A stretch of DNA of 57,089 nt from an uncultured bacterium (GCA_903882905.1 CAIRYW010000004.1:115117-172205), one strand, 5' to 3'. Shown: positions 18,574 to 28,925, numbered from the stretch's first letter. A program made the numbers and translations. The notes: generated by a model from the letters alone, not told the origin.

Positions 18574-19713
18574 TTACTGATCAGGATTTCCTGATTCAGA
18601 GTAGCTCATATTATTTTCAATAAATCGGAGGATTATATCTGCATCAGCCTTCCTGTCTGGGCTTTCCAGAATTGATATAACTATATTCCTTTTTACTTTT
18701 CCAATTTGAATATTGAGAAATGTTAGAGTTGTCTCTCCAGCAACCTCGGTATAACCATTTTTACCTCCTATAAAAGTTTTTAAGAGCATCATATGGTTAC
18801 CATTGAGCCAAATATGTCCGCTTATCGCATATTGTTTTACACGAGTTATATCTAATATTTCTTGATGGTTTTTGTAAATATATTCACCTAATTTTAATAA
18901 ATCATTTGCAGTTGTGAAGTTGTCATGAGAAACACCACTTGGCTCAACGAAACCTGAACTTGTCATACCAATCTCTTTTGCTTTTTTATTTATTTTTGCA
19001 ATAAAAGCACTTCTACCTTCTTTATAATTTTGAGCAATAACTTCAGCAGCATCATTTGATGATTCCATTAAAAGTGGATACAAAATATCCGTTAGCAAAA
19101 GTTTTTGTCCGGGACTTAATTCACCTTCAGTATTTATCGGTGACAGAGCAGAAGCATTTACGGTAAGCATTTGATGCAAACTAATATTTTCTTTTGCAAC
19201 AGCTGAGGTCAAAAGTTTTGTAACCGATGCAGGGGGTAAAACCATATCAGGATTTTTACTAATTATTGTCTTACCTGTATCTAAATCAGCGACAGCATAT
19301 GCAAGAGCTGAAACTCTGGGAGCTTTGTTGCTCTCATCCAAAAAATAATATTGACCAGTTGATGTTGCTGTCTCTTCTGTAGCAATCGCTCTATCTGCAG
19401 TAGAAATATTTGCTGAATCATTTGAACCTCCTTGAACATCTGAGGAATCTCCTGCCAAAGCAAGCTCACTTTGATTTTTAACTGGTTCTCCGACTATCAA
19501 AGATTTAGCTTGGTCGGCAAAAGAAAAAAGGAAATTCATAGAGGAGACACCAACTACAATAGAAGCAATTCCCCAAATTAAAGCTCTTTTTGTTGAACTT
19601 CCATGATAAGGTGATTCTGAAATAACCACTACCCTTTCTCCATGTGGACCCAGTTCAACTTTTTTTATGTATATTGGATCTTTTTTTTCTTGTTTAAAAT
19701 CTTGATTATCCAT
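18574..19713 (-). CDS. D-alanyl-D-alanine carboxypeptidase (S11/PBP5-like), membrane anchored
   Basis: 379 aa. N-terminal TM, SVTKLLT (SxxK), ESSND (SxN). Confidence 0.75.
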   Translation of the reverse strand: MDNQDFKQEKKDPIYIKKVELGPHGERVVVISESPYHGSSTKRALIWGIASIVVGVSSMNFLFSFADQAKSLIVGEPVKNQSELALAGDSSDVQGGSNDSANISTADRAIATEETATSTGQYYFLDESNKAPRVSALAYAVADLDTGKTIISKNPDMVLPPASVTKLLTSAVAKENISLHQMLTVNASALSPINTEGELSPGQKLLLTDILYPLLMESSNDAAEVIAQNYKEGRSAFIAKINKKAKEIGMTSSGFVEPSGVSHDNFTTANDLLKLGEYIYKNHQEILDITRVKQYAISGHIWLNGNHMMLLKTFIGGKNGYTEVAGETTLTFLNIQIGKVKRNIVISILESPDRKADADIILRFIENNMSYSESGNPDQ

Positions 19714-22087
19714 TTGATCTTAGTTTAACAGAATCATCATCTGTCTCAAAATCCGCAGTCATTCCTGATTTTAAATCTCCTCTTATAATTGCCTCTGCAA
19801 CTTTTTCTTCAATATCTTCTTCGATTTCTCTTCTCATTGGTCTAGCTCCAAATTTTGGATCAGTGCCTTTTTTTATAAGAAAATTCAAAAGCTCAGGAGT
19901 TATTTTTAAGCTGATTGATTTTTCCTCGAGACGTTTGTTCAAGGAATTGAGCATAAGTGTTGCAACTTGTCTTAATTCAGATTCCTCGAGTGGATGAAAC
20001 AGAATTACTCCATCAAAACGGTTTATAAGTTCAGGGGCAAATATTTGTTGCTTAATGATTTGATTAATTATTTCGTCTTTCGAATTATAAAGATCTCCAC
20101 CTGATTTAACAATATCCCATATCAAATCACTACCTGCATTTGATGTGGCAATAAACATACTTGTTCGTGCATTTATTTTTTTTGCTCCACCGTCAGTAAA
20201 AAATCCTTCATCTAAAACTTGCAGGAATAAATTGTGAATTTCTGAAGTGGCTTTTTCAAACTCATCAAGAAGTACAACTCCGTATGGATTATCGCGAAGA
20301 AGATTAGAAAGTGAACCTTGTTTCTGATTTGCATATGAACCAATAAGTCTTGGCAATGCGTCTACCCCTTGATATTCAAACATATCAAGACGTGACATTT
20401 TTTTATCACTTTTAAACATCACCTCAGCTAGAGCTTTTGCGGTTTCAGTTTTTCCAACTCCAGTAGGCCCAAGAAATAGAAAAGATCCAATAGGACGATC
20501 TTTACTTGAAATACCTGCCCTGGATCTTCGCAGAGCTGAAGAAATAGATTTTATTGCTTCGTCCTGTCCGATAATTCTTTTATGAAGAATTGTTTCCAAA
20601 TCCAAAAGCTTTGTTTTTTCTTCTTCGTTTGGAATTGAATTTGGTACACCGGTTTTCTGTTCAACAATTCTTAAAACATCATCTTTTAAAATAATTCTTC
20701 GTCTTTTTTCAATAACATAAGGAACAGTTTCAATCAAAATATTTCTAGACTCATCTAAAGCACTGTGGTCGGTAAAATTTCTTTTCGCCTCAAGCCCGGC
20801 TGCAAGAATCGCTGGATATGTTACATATACTCCATTAAGTTTCTCAAGATTTCTCGCCTCTTTTTCTAGCATCGAAATTCCAGCCTGTCCGCCACTAATT
20901 TCAACACGCACAACTTCAGTTGAATGAGCGATATTTGAATACTCCGACTGCCCTTCATCATATGTATTTATGTCATCAATTAAGACAAGATTTATTTGAG
21001 GAGAATCAAGAAATGGTTTAATCGCAGAAAGAATATCCGCTCCACTCATACTTTGACTTCTAACAAAAGAAAGAAATCTCGGAAAAACAATAATTGTATT
21101 CTTTGCATCAACAGCTTCTGCTAAGGCACTAAAAAGTATTCCTTGTGATTCTTTTCCGTTTACTGAATTCTCAATAATCATTTCGGGTTCTATCAAATAT
21201 ACTTTTTTATGTTTTAAAAGAGGAAAAATTCTTCCGCTTTGAATTTTTTCTGCAAGTAGACTCACAATATCAACTCCTTCTTCTTCGTTTTCACATACCA
21301 AAATTGCATTCGCCCCTCTACCCTTTGAAAGAACTCTCTCGACTCTTAGTAAAGTATCGTCGTAAAGTAATTTGAATCCATCCAAGTGCCCAATCTCTGC
21401 ATCCGACAAATTTCGAGCAATTTTTTCCAAAAGATAAGTCCTTTTGAACGCCCAATCGTTTCCTATTGCAGGAATTCTTGATAGAGATTCTTCTGACCAA
21501 AACTTTTCACTTAAAATATCCTCTTTATACATTGAAATAACCCACGAGAAACAACCTTTGAATTCTTCTGTCGTGACTGAATTCGCGAGCAAAAATTTCT
21601 TCAAAGAATCCACTTTAGCTATCTCGTCAGCAAAATTTTCATCTGTAAGATTTCCCTCTATAACCTCAGTCCCATCTTTTGGCCTAGATCTTAAATATTC
21701 AATTATTGCATTCTCAGAGATACCCAGTCTTATCATCACTTCATCACCCAAATCAGAAAAGAAAAATCCCCGAATAATATCAGAATCATTAGAATTTAAT
21801 AAAATTTCTGCCAGTGGAAAGGAAAGAATATTCTCGTTATCAAACGATTCAGAAAAATTTGAATAATAAAATGACTCAATTGCCACGTGAATCATGATAA
21901 TTCCTAAAATAAACAAAAATATTCCTCGAGAAAAATCATCCTCTAAAAACAGAAATGCGCAAAGTGATATTAAACCAACAACTAATATAACTTTGAAAAT
22001 CTTTTTTCTTTTTCTGTGAGAAATCAAATCTTCAAGCAAAAGGCTTGGAATTATATTTGGAGCATATTTTTTTATAAGTGGATTCAT
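19706..22087 (-). CDS. Membrane-anchored Clp/Hsp100-like AAA+ ATPase with degenerate first nucleotide-binding domain
   Basis: 793 aa. Two N-terminal TM helices. The D1 position reads ILVCENEEEGVD instead of a GxxGxGKT Walker A. D2 is intact ([26 protein letters not shown]). Confidence 0.8.
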   Translation of the reverse strand: MNPLIKKYAPNIIPSLLLEDLISHRKRKKIFKVILVVGLISLCAFLFLEDDFSRGIFLFILGIIMIHVAIESFYYSNFSESFDNENILSFPLAEILLNSNDSDIIRGFFFSDLGDEVMIRLGISENAIIEYLRSRPKDGTEVIEGNLTDENFADEIAKVDSLKKFLLANSVTTEEFKGCFSWVISMYKEDILSEKFWSEESLSRIPAIGNDWAFKRTYLLEKIARNLSDAEIGHLDGFKLLYDDTLLRVERVLSKGRGANAILVCENEEEGVDIVSLLAEKIQSGRIFPLLKHKKVYLIEPEMIIENSVNGKESQGILFSALAEAVDAKNTIIVFPRFLSFVRSQSMSGADILSAIKPFLDSPQINLVLIDDINTYDEGQSEYSNIAHSTEVVRVEISGGQAGISMLEKEARNLEKLNGVYVTYPAILAAGLEAKRNFTDHSALDESRNILIETVPYVIEKRRRIILKDDVLRIVEQKTGVPNSIPNEEEKTKLLDLETILHKRIIGQDEAIKSISSALRRSRAGISSKDRPIGSFLFLGPTGVGKTETAKALAEVMFKSDKKMSRLDMFEYQGVDALPRLIGSYANQKQGSLSNLLRDNPYGVVLLDEFEKATSEIHNLFLQVLDEGFFTDGGAKKINARTSMFIATSNAGSDLIWDIVKSGGDLYNSKDEIINQIIKQQIFAPELINRFDGVILFHPLEESELRQVATLMLNSLNKRLEEKSISLKITPELLNFLIKKGTDPKFGARPMRREIEEDIEEKVAEAIIRGDLKSGMTADFETDDDSVKLRSNG

Positions 22088-22095
22088 TTTGAAAA

Positions 22096-22485
22096 TTATT
22101 TAAACATTAATCTAAGCCCAGAAAACAAAACTAAAATTATTAAGGCTGGGTATAAAATCCACAAAACCATAACCAAAATACCAATTACTGCGCCGCAAAG
22201 CATTGCTATAAGTCCAACCAAAATTACAAAAGTTCTTACAAATACTCCAATAAGTCTCATCATTGAATTAACAAAAAAAGAGCTCAAGTGATCTGCAAAA
22301 TCTAAAGGAGCGTTTTCTTTGTACCTTTCTCCAAGACCAAGCCACGGTGAAAAAAAAGTTAGACTAAGAGTTCTAATCGAAAAGAAACTATATAAAAAGC
22401 CGAGAAAATTTTTTATGTTGGCAAATAGCTCAAGTATTGCCCTTGTGTAATGCCAACGTATATATCCAAAAAATATTTTAAGCAT
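22096..22485 (-). CDS. Small integral membrane protein
   Basis: 129 aa with 3-4 hydrophobic helices. Tightly packed after the Clp-like gene's upstream neighbour. Confidence 0.6.
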   Translation of the reverse strand: MLKIFFGYIRWHYTRAILELFANIKNFLGFLYSFFSIRTLSLTFFSPWLGLGERYKENAPLDFADHLSSFFVNSMMRLIGVFVRTFVILVGLIAMLCGAVIGILVMVLWILYPALIILVLFSGLRLMFK

Positions 22486-22509
22486 TAAAGTTTAGGTATT
22501 AATTATAAC

Positions 22510-22914
22510 CTAACTATTCAAAATTGAAGTATCCATAACTTCAATCACAGAATTTATAAAAATATCTGGAAGATCAAAAAATAACTCTATTTCAGACCAA
22601 CCTCCATGTCTAAATTTGAAACCTTTGTTCTCTGCCCATAATTGAACTTTCTTAATTAAATCTTTTGGATTATTTGAAATAAAGGCAATGTGAGTCTGTT
22701 TTTTTATATTAATATTTAAAATAGGTGTATCTGAAACTTCAGCTATTTGAATAGCAAAATCTAATTGTTTCTGACCTACCATAATCCAGCCAGCATTTTT
22801 TCCTGGATTATAGACAATTCCAAAATTTAGTAGTTTATATAACTCAACTACATCATTTAGATGGCCTTTGACAATATTCTGACAGCAGTGATGAAGTCTT
22901 GGTTCAATCTTCAT
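22510..22914 (-). CDS. Hypothetical protein, possibly VOC/glyoxalase-fold
   Basis: 134 aa. The weak beta-alpha-beta-beta-beta pattern (HHCCQNV..., THIAFIS...) is only suggestive. Confidence 0.4.
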   Translation of the reverse strand: MKIEPRLHHCCQNIVKGHLNDVVELYKLLNFGIVYNPGKNAGWIMVGQKQLDFAIQIAEVSDTPILNINIKKQTHIAFISNNPKDLIKKVQLWAENKGFKFRHGGWSEIELFFDLPDIFINSVIEVMDTSILNS

Positions 22915-22922
22915 ATCGAATT

Positions 22923-23726
22923 TTAATTAACACCCTTTCTTTTCAATAAAACTTTATTACCGAAACGTAAATCTAAGTATTCAATACTGCTCTTATCAAG
23001 ATTTTTTAATTGGTCTGATGATAAAACCTCTTTGAGATAATAAGTAGAACTAGCGGCGCTATTGTCCAAATCAAATTTAATATACATACCTGTGGAATCG
23101 TAAATATTTGCTTCTCTATTTGCTGCGTCAAATTTTACAATTGAAAAACCTAAGGACTTTGAGGAATCAATCATGGTAGAAATAGTATTTACATCTTGTT
23201 TTGAAAGTGCAGAGACACCAACTTGAGGATTATTTCCGTCAACAAAAACCACATAAGCACTACCTTGAATTTGTGGTGCAACAGAAAAAGAGATTCCATC
23301 TTGATCTAAATAATCACAGACACTGTTGTCGGTATTACACCAAAGAAGAATAGCGTGCCTTTCGGTAATATTAATATTCAAAATATTATTAGTTACTGAT
23401 ATTTGAATATCCTTAATATCTGGGTCTTGAAATTTTTCGAGTAGCTCTTTTTTTGGATAAAAGAAAACACTATCTTTTGGAATTAATCCAAAATAATATG
23501 ATCCAGAAATTGTTGATGAAGCCGTCGTTTGGTATGCATCATTATCGGCATAGGATAACTCAGTAATATATATTTGATTTATACGAAATTGCTTAAGATT
23601 GAAAAAATAATGTGTTCCAAAAAGCAATCCTATGATAAGCAAAATAAAAATTATAAAAAATAAGTAGCCTTTGCCACTTTTTTTTTGCTTCTTTTTTTGA
23701 GTATGAAGTTGAATTCTAGATTTCAT
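22923..23726 (-). CDS. FtsQ/DivIB-like cell-division protein (TM + POTRA-like)
   Basis: 267 aa. Basic N-terminus, single TM, then FRINQIYITE..., as at the start of a POTRA domain. Confidence 0.45.
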   Translation of the reverse strand: MKSRIQLHTQKKKQKKSGKGYLFFIIFILLIIGLLFGTHYFFNLKQFRINQIYITELSYADNDAYQTTASSTISGSYYFGLIPKDSVFFYPKKELLEKFQDPDIKDIQISVTNNILNINITERHAILLWCNTDNSVCDYLDQDGISFSVAPQIQGSAYVVFVDGNNPQVGVSALSKQDVNTISTMIDSSKSLGFSIVKFDAANREANIYDSTGMYIKFDLDNSAASSTYYLKEVLSSDQLKNLDKSSIEYLDLRFGNKVLLKRKGVN

Positions 23727-23755
23727 TTTTCAAATTTCAAAACTTTTGATCTAGT

Positions 23756-23783
23756 AAACTTAGCGGCAAGGCCGCTAAGTTTT
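23756..23783 (-). terminator. Hairpin after serS
   Basis: aaacttagcgg/ccgctaagttt inverted repeat 10 nt after the serS stop. Confidence 0.45.
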
Positions 23784-23792
23784 ATTTAATTG

Positions 23793-25085
23793 TTAAAGAA
23801 TAGAAAGTTTATCAATCAAAGTTTTTCCAAGCATGTATTTCTGCAAAACTTTTGGAACTTCTATTTTTCCATCCATTGTTTGATAATTTTCAATAATAGC
23901 AATCATAATTCTTCCCAAAGCAACTACAGTGGCATCATTCATATAAACATATTCAGTCTTGCCATCTTTTCTTTTAACCCTACTGTTCAATCTTCTTGAT
24001 TGGAAGCTCGCCATATTATCCGAACTATGTGTCTCTCTATATTTATCTTGCCCTGGCATCCAAGCCTCAAGATCAATATGCCTATAATCAGGATCACCCA
24101 TGTCCCCCGAACAACAAATCACCGCTTGGTAAGGAATATTAAGTGCTTGCAGGATATATTCCTGAATAGCTATCAAAAAATTCTGCTCTTGCATACCATT
24201 TTCTGGTAATGAAAAAACTTCCATTTCCAATTTATCAAACTGATGCACTCGCAAAATTCCTTTTGTATCTTTTCCGTACGTACCCGCTTCTCTTCTAAAT
24301 GAAGTCGAATATCCAACATATCTAATTGGCAAATCTTTTTCTTCAAAAATTTCATCCATGTGCAAGGGGCCGAGAGTGTGCTCAGCACTTCCAATAAGCA
24401 TTGTTCCATCTTCTGGAAAAATATAATGATCCTCTGGCTTCATAAATCGCGCCATTCTATTTTGAACAGCAGTCTTAACAAGCATTGGTACGAGTACTGG
24501 AATAAAAGCATCTACAGAAATACTTAAATTTGCTTCCTTAGCAATCTTATAAAGTGTCTCTCTTGAAGTTAAAACTTCTAAACAGAATTGAATAATAGCG
24601 AACTGAAGAAAAACTAAATCTCCTTTCAAGTATGTAAATCTTGGTCCAGTAACTTCTGTAGCAGTTTCAGTATCAATTATCCCGAGCTCGGCTCCAATTT
24701 CAAAATGTTCTTTTGGTTTAAAAGAAAATTGTCTTTTTTCTCCCCATTGTCGCAACACTTTATTTTCGTCTTCGTTTTTTCCTACTGGAGTATCTGGTGA
24801 ATAAATATTTGGAACCTTTAACATCAAAGCTAAAAATTCTTTATCCTTTTCAGCAAAATTTTTCTCAGCTTCTTCTAGTTCTAATTTGAGCTTTTGACCC
24901 TCTTCTATATTGCGAGTCTTTTGCGCCTCGTTTCGTTTTTGGTTGATATTATCAACTTCGGTTCTCAAAGTCTTTTTCTCTTCGTATAGAGAAATAAGCT
25001 TATCAAAATCAATTTGCTTGTTTTTGTTTTTTGCAGCAGTTTCAACAATTTCTCGGTTTTCTTTTATAAATTTTATGTCTAACAT
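23793..25085 (-). CDS. serS: Seryl-tRNA synthetase
   Basis: 430 aa. N-terminal coiled-coil arm and class II motifs (FRREAG, GSAEHTL, long C-terminal core). Confidence 0.93.
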   Translation of the reverse strand: MLDIKFIKENREIVETAAKNKNKQIDFDKLISLYEEKKTLRTEVDNINQKRNEAQKTRNIEEGQKLKLELEEAEKNFAEKDKEFLALMLKVPNIYSPDTPVGKNEDENKVLRQWGEKRQFSFKPKEHFEIGAELGIIDTETATEVTGPRFTYLKGDLVFLQFAIIQFCLEVLTSRETLYKIAKEANLSISVDAFIPVLVPMLVKTAVQNRMARFMKPEDHYIFPEDGTMLIGSAEHTLGPLHMDEIFEEKDLPIRYVGYSTSFRREAGTYGKDTKGILRVHQFDKLEMEVFSLPENGMQEQNFLIAIQEYILQALNIPYQAVICCSGDMGDPDYRHIDLEAWMPGQDKYRETHSSDNMASFQSRRLNSRVKRKDGKTEYVYMNDATVVALGRIMIAIIENYQTMDGKIEVPKVLQKYMLGKTLIDKLSIL

Positions 25086-25135
25086 GTAGAAAATATGATA
25101 ACATATTTTAGTATTTTCAAAATACTAAGATCGGT

Positions 25136-26014
25136 ATGTTAGAAAATTACCCAATAAAACAGATTGTTGTTAAAGAATGTTTTCCTGCACTTGCAGAAAT
25201 TCCTTCTCCACCTAAAAGACTTTTCATAAGAGGAAATTTGCCTCTGAAAGATTTTATCCTGCTTACCGTAGTCGGTTCAAGAAAAATCAGTCCTTACGGT
25301 AAAGAAGCAATTAGAAAAATTATTTCCGGTTTGAAAGGATACCCAATAATAATAGTCTCTGGTTTAGCGCTCGGAGTTGACAGCGTTGCTCATGAGGAAG
25401 CCTTAAGCACAGGAATTCCAACAATTGCTATTCCTGGCTCCGGCTTAGATGAATCGGTCATTTACCCGAGAACACATTTAAATTTAGCAAAAAGAATAAT
25501 AGAGGCAGGAGGGTGTCTTCTATCTGAATTTGATCCAAATGAAAAAGCTGCAATTTGGACTTTTCCAAAGCGAAACAGAATCATGGCTGGGATCTCAAAA
25601 GCTACATTAGTAATAGAAGCGGAAAAACCTTCTGGCACTTTAATTACATCAAAACTTGCTACAGATTTTGGAAGAGATGTTTTTGCCGTACCTGGTTCAA
25701 TTTTTTCAAAAAACTCAGAAGGTCCACACATGTTGATAAAACTCGGAGCAACACCAATTGAAAATAGCGAAGACGTTTTGGAAGCGCTTGGTTTTGATAT
25801 TTCAAAAAAAGATAACCTGCCTGCCGGCAGGCAGGTTCTACTCGAACTATCTGATGAAGAAAAAACACTTCTCGCGATTTTGGCTACGCCAAAATCGCGA
25901 GATGAAATTATCTGCGAATTAAATTGGGAAATTTCTAAAGTTTCAGAAATTTTAACTCTACTTGAAATCAAAGGTTTAATAAGGGAAAGTGTTGGGAAAA
26001 TATTTTTAGTTTGA
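25136..26014 (+). CDS. dprA: DNA-processing protein DprA/Smf
   Basis: 292 aa. VVGSRKISPYG, SGLALGVDSVAHEEAL, and a C-terminal winged-helix-like tail. Confidence 0.88.
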   Translation: MLENYPIKQIVVKECFPALAEIPSPPKRLFIRGNLPLKDFILLTVVGSRKISPYGKEAIRKIISGLKGYPIIIVSGLALGVDSVAHEEALSTGIPTIAIPGSGLDESVIYPRTHLNLAKRIIEAGGCLLSEFDPNEKAAIWTFPKRNRIMAGISKATLVIEAEKPSGTLITSKLATDFGRDVFAVPGSIFSKNSEGPHMLIKLGATPIENSEDVLEALGFDISKKDNLPAGRQVLLELSDEEKTLLAILATPKSRDEIICELNWEISKVSEILTLLEIKGLIRESVGKIFLV

Positions 26015-26049
26015 AAATTTAATCTTTCATTATATTATCTAGTCCGAAC

Positions 26050-26442
26050 ATGAACACCACAAACAACTCTCCGACGTTGGAACAACATCTCCTGGAAAGA
26101 ATGGAATTGCTGCACAAGAAAGCTGAAGTTCCAAAACCAGGCGAATTAACCCTTGATCCAAGCATCAGAAGCGTTCGCTTGGATAAAACTGACATCAAGC
26201 GTAATTTTCCTGAATACAACCTTACAAAAAGAATGATTCAGGGATTGGTTCGGGAATTCTTCGGGCCATTCAAGTGTGAAGTTGAATTCACTCCTGGAGA
26301 AATCCAGGTAACAAACGTCAAGATCACCAAAACGGACGAGGAAAATTTCCCTGTAGCGCTCGGGGAGATAACTTTGATCCGGTTCACATTCCTTTACATG
26401 GTCATTCGACCAAGAACCAAAGGTCTGATATTGTCTCGCTGA
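26050..26442 (+). CDS. Hypothetical 130-aa protein, GC-elevated orphan
   Basis: The ORF is followed by a clean terminator. Its composition is visibly richer in G+C than dprA/topA. No motif recognised. Confidence 0.5.
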   Translation: MNTTNNSPTLEQHLLERMELLHKKAEVPKPGELTLDPSIRSVRLDKTDIKRNFPEYNLTKRMIQGLVREFFGPFKCEVEFTPGEIQVTNVKITKTDEENFPVALGEITLIRFTFLYMVIRPRTKGLILSR

Positions 26443-26455
26443 CAATTCTTTCCTA

Positions 26456-26482
26456 ACCGGTAATCGTATACCGGTGTTTTTT
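26456..26482 (+). terminator. Rho-independent terminator
   Basis: accggta-atcgta-taccggt followed by gtttttt. Confidence 0.7.
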
Positions 26483-26598
26483 ATATTATTTACTATAAAT
26501 TTTCATAATTTATTTATTAACCTATTGAAATTGTTTTTAAGATTTTTTTGTTTGTAAATTTGCAAAAAAAACTATTTTAGTTTTTACTTACGCTATAT

Positions 26599-28878
26599 AT
26601 GAAATTAGTAATAGTAGAATCACCAGCAAAAGCAAAGACTATTGGTAAATACCTAGGAAAAGATTTTGAGGTAAAAGCCTCAGTCGGACACGTAAGGGAT
26701 TTACCTAAATCAAATAAAAAAGCCATCGATATCGAAGGTGGGTATATTCCTCATTACGAAATATCTATCGGTAAAGAACACGTCATTGATGAAATAAAAA
26801 AACTGGCAAAAAAAGCTGACGAAGTCTTACTTGCAACTGACCCAGACCGTGAAGGAGAAGCTATCGCTTGGCATATTTCAGAATTAATTTCAGATAAAAA
26901 AAGTGCAAAACCAATTAAAAGAATTTCATATACTGAGATCACTAAAGAAGCCATAACTGAAGCTTTAAATAATCCTAGAGAAATCGACCAAGATTTAAGA
27001 AAAGCTCAGGAGGCAAGACGTGTTTTAGACCGTCTTGTTGGATACGACCTTTCTGGAATTATTTGGAAAAAAGTTAGATACGGACTTTCTGCAGGCCGAG
27101 TTCAATCCCCTGCGCTAAGAATAATAATGGAACGTGAAAGAGAAATTCGCGCTTTTAAACCTGAAGAATATTTTGTAATCGGCGGAGAATTTAATACACA
27201 AACCAATGACACTATATTATTAGAATGTGAAAAAAAACCAAAGGACAGAACTGAATCTGAAAAAATTGTTGAATTAGGAAATAAAGAAAAGTGGCACGTT
27301 AAGAGTATTGAAAAAACCGAAGTAAAAAGATCTGCGCGTGCACCTTTTATTACTTCAACTCTCCAGCAAACAGCCTCCACTCGGCTTGGATTTTCTCCAT
27401 CAAACACGATGCGTATTGCCCAAAAACTTTACGAGGGTGGATTCATCACATACATGAGAACAGATAGTCCAAACCTAAGTACATATGCAATAGAACACAT
27501 TGCTGAAAAAATCAAAAAATCTTATGGGGAAAAATATTTAGATTCCAAAAACTTTGCCTCAAAATCAAAGAGTGCTCAAGAAGCTCACGAAGCAATTCGT
27601 CCATCAGATATTTTCAAAGAAAACGCTGGTGCAAACGATGATGAGAAAAAACTTTACAGATTGATCTGGCAAAGAACTATTGCAAGCCAAATGTCTCCTG
27701 CGCTAACTGAGAGAACAAAAATTTCTGCAAATGTTGAATCTGATTCAATTCCAGATTTTTCTATTACTGGCTCAATAATTATTTTTGATGGATGGTTAAA
27801 GGCTGATCCAGAGGGTGCGGGTGAAGATAGAATTTTACCTAAAGTAAAAGAAAAGGATCCACTCAAATTAATTAAACTTAATATGGATGAAAAATGGACA
27901 GAACCGCCTGGAAGATATTCAGAGGCCGGACTCATTAAGGAGCTTGAAAAAAGAGGTATCGGACGCCCTTCTACCTACGCTTCTATAATAAGGACACTTG
28001 AGACCAGGGAATACGTTATAAAGGAAAATAAGGCCCTTAAGCCAACAGATACTGGGGATGTGGTATCAACCTTCCTCGAGGCTAATTTTGCAGACTATAT
28101 AAGTGATGGCTTCACAGCTGAGATGGAAGAAAAGCTAGATGAAATTGCAGAAGGAAAAGCAGAATATGCAAAAACTCTCGAGCATTATTATGTTCCTTTG
28201 CATAAAGAAGTTATCGAAAAAGAAAAATTAGATAAAGCTACAACTTTTGGCGAAGCAGATCCAAAACATAAATGTCCAAAGTGTGGCAGTTCAATGTTAG
28301 TAAAACTTTCACGAGGTGGAAAATTTTTAAGCTGTTCAAGATATCCTGATTGTGATGGCGCCCTTTCTGTTGATGGTTTAGAAATAAAAAAAGATGAACC
28401 AATTGGACTACACCCTGACACAGGTTTACCGATTTTTGTAAAAACAGGAAGATTTGGACCATATGTTCAACACGGAGAAATGGCTCCAAAGAAAGTTAAA
28501 AGTCCTAAGTTGAAAGTTCCAAAGGCAAAGAAAACCAAGGAGGAAAAGGAGCAGGCTAAACTTGAAACTGAAAACTTAAAACTTAAAACTATTCAGAAGC
28601 CACGTATGGCCTCAATACCAAAAGAGCACGATCCTTCAAATGTTACATTACAAGATGCTCTTAAATTTCTTTCAATCCCAAAAGTGTTAGGAAAACATCC
28701 AACAACTGGACTAGATGTAGTTGCAAACAACGGACGCTTTGGACCTTATGTATCTCATGATGGAAATTTCAGATCAATTAAGGCACCATTAAATGTTTTT
28801 GATATTACATTTGATGAAGCTCTCGCTCTTTTGGCACAAGAAAAGAAGCCAAGAGGTTTTCAGAAAAAGAAGAAATAA
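26599..28878 (+). CDS. topA: DNA topoisomerase I
   Basis: 759 aa. TOPRIM MKLVIVESPAKAKTI, active-site region GFITYMRTDS, one C4 zinc ribbon (CPKCGS...CSRYPDC), basic tail. Confidence 0.95.
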   Translation: MKLVIVESPAKAKTIGKYLGKDFEVKASVGHVRDLPKSNKKAIDIEGGYIPHYEISIGKEHVIDEIKKLAKKADEVLLATDPDREGEAIAWHISELISDKKSAKPIKRISYTEITKEAITEALNNPREIDQDLRKAQEARRVLDRLVGYDLSGIIWKKVRYGLSAGRVQSPALRIIMEREREIRAFKPEEYFVIGGEFNTQTNDTILLECEKKPKDRTESEKIVELGNKEKWHVKSIEKTEVKRSARAPFITSTLQQTASTRLGFSPSNTMRIAQKLYEGGFITYMRTDSPNLSTYAIEHIAEKIKKSYGEKYLDSKNFASKSKSAQEAHEAIRPSDIFKENAGANDDEKKLYRLIWQRTIASQMSPALTERTKISANVESDSIPDFSITGSIIIFDGWLKADPEGAGEDRILPKVKEKDPLKLIKLNMDEKWTEPPGRYSEAGLIKELEKRGIGRPSTYASIIRTLETREYVIKENKALKPTDTGDVVSTFLEANFADYISDGFTAEMEEKLDEIAEGKAEYAKTLEHYYVPLHKEVIEKEKLDKATTFGEADPKHKCPKCGSSMLVKLSRGGKFLSCSRYPDCDGALSVDGLEIKKDEPIGLHPDTGLPIFVKTGRFGPYVQHGEMAPKKVKSPKLKVPKAKKTKEEKEQAKLETENLKLKTIQKPRMASIPKEHDPSNVTLQDALKFLSIPKVLGKHPTTGLDVVANNGRFGPYVSHDGNFRSIKAPLNVFDITFDEALALLAQEKKPRGFQKKKK

Positions 28879-28882
28879 AAAA

Positions 28883-28925
28883 ACTTGGAGGTGAGTCCTC
28901 CTATTGAGAGGTCTCTCCTCCAAGT
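28883..28925. terminator. Bidirectional GC-rich hairpin between convergent topA and parB; member of the GGAGG..CCTCC repeat type
   Basis: Outer stem acttggagg...cctccaagt encloses ggaggtgagtcctcc-tattga-gaggtctctcctc. Confidence 0.6.
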
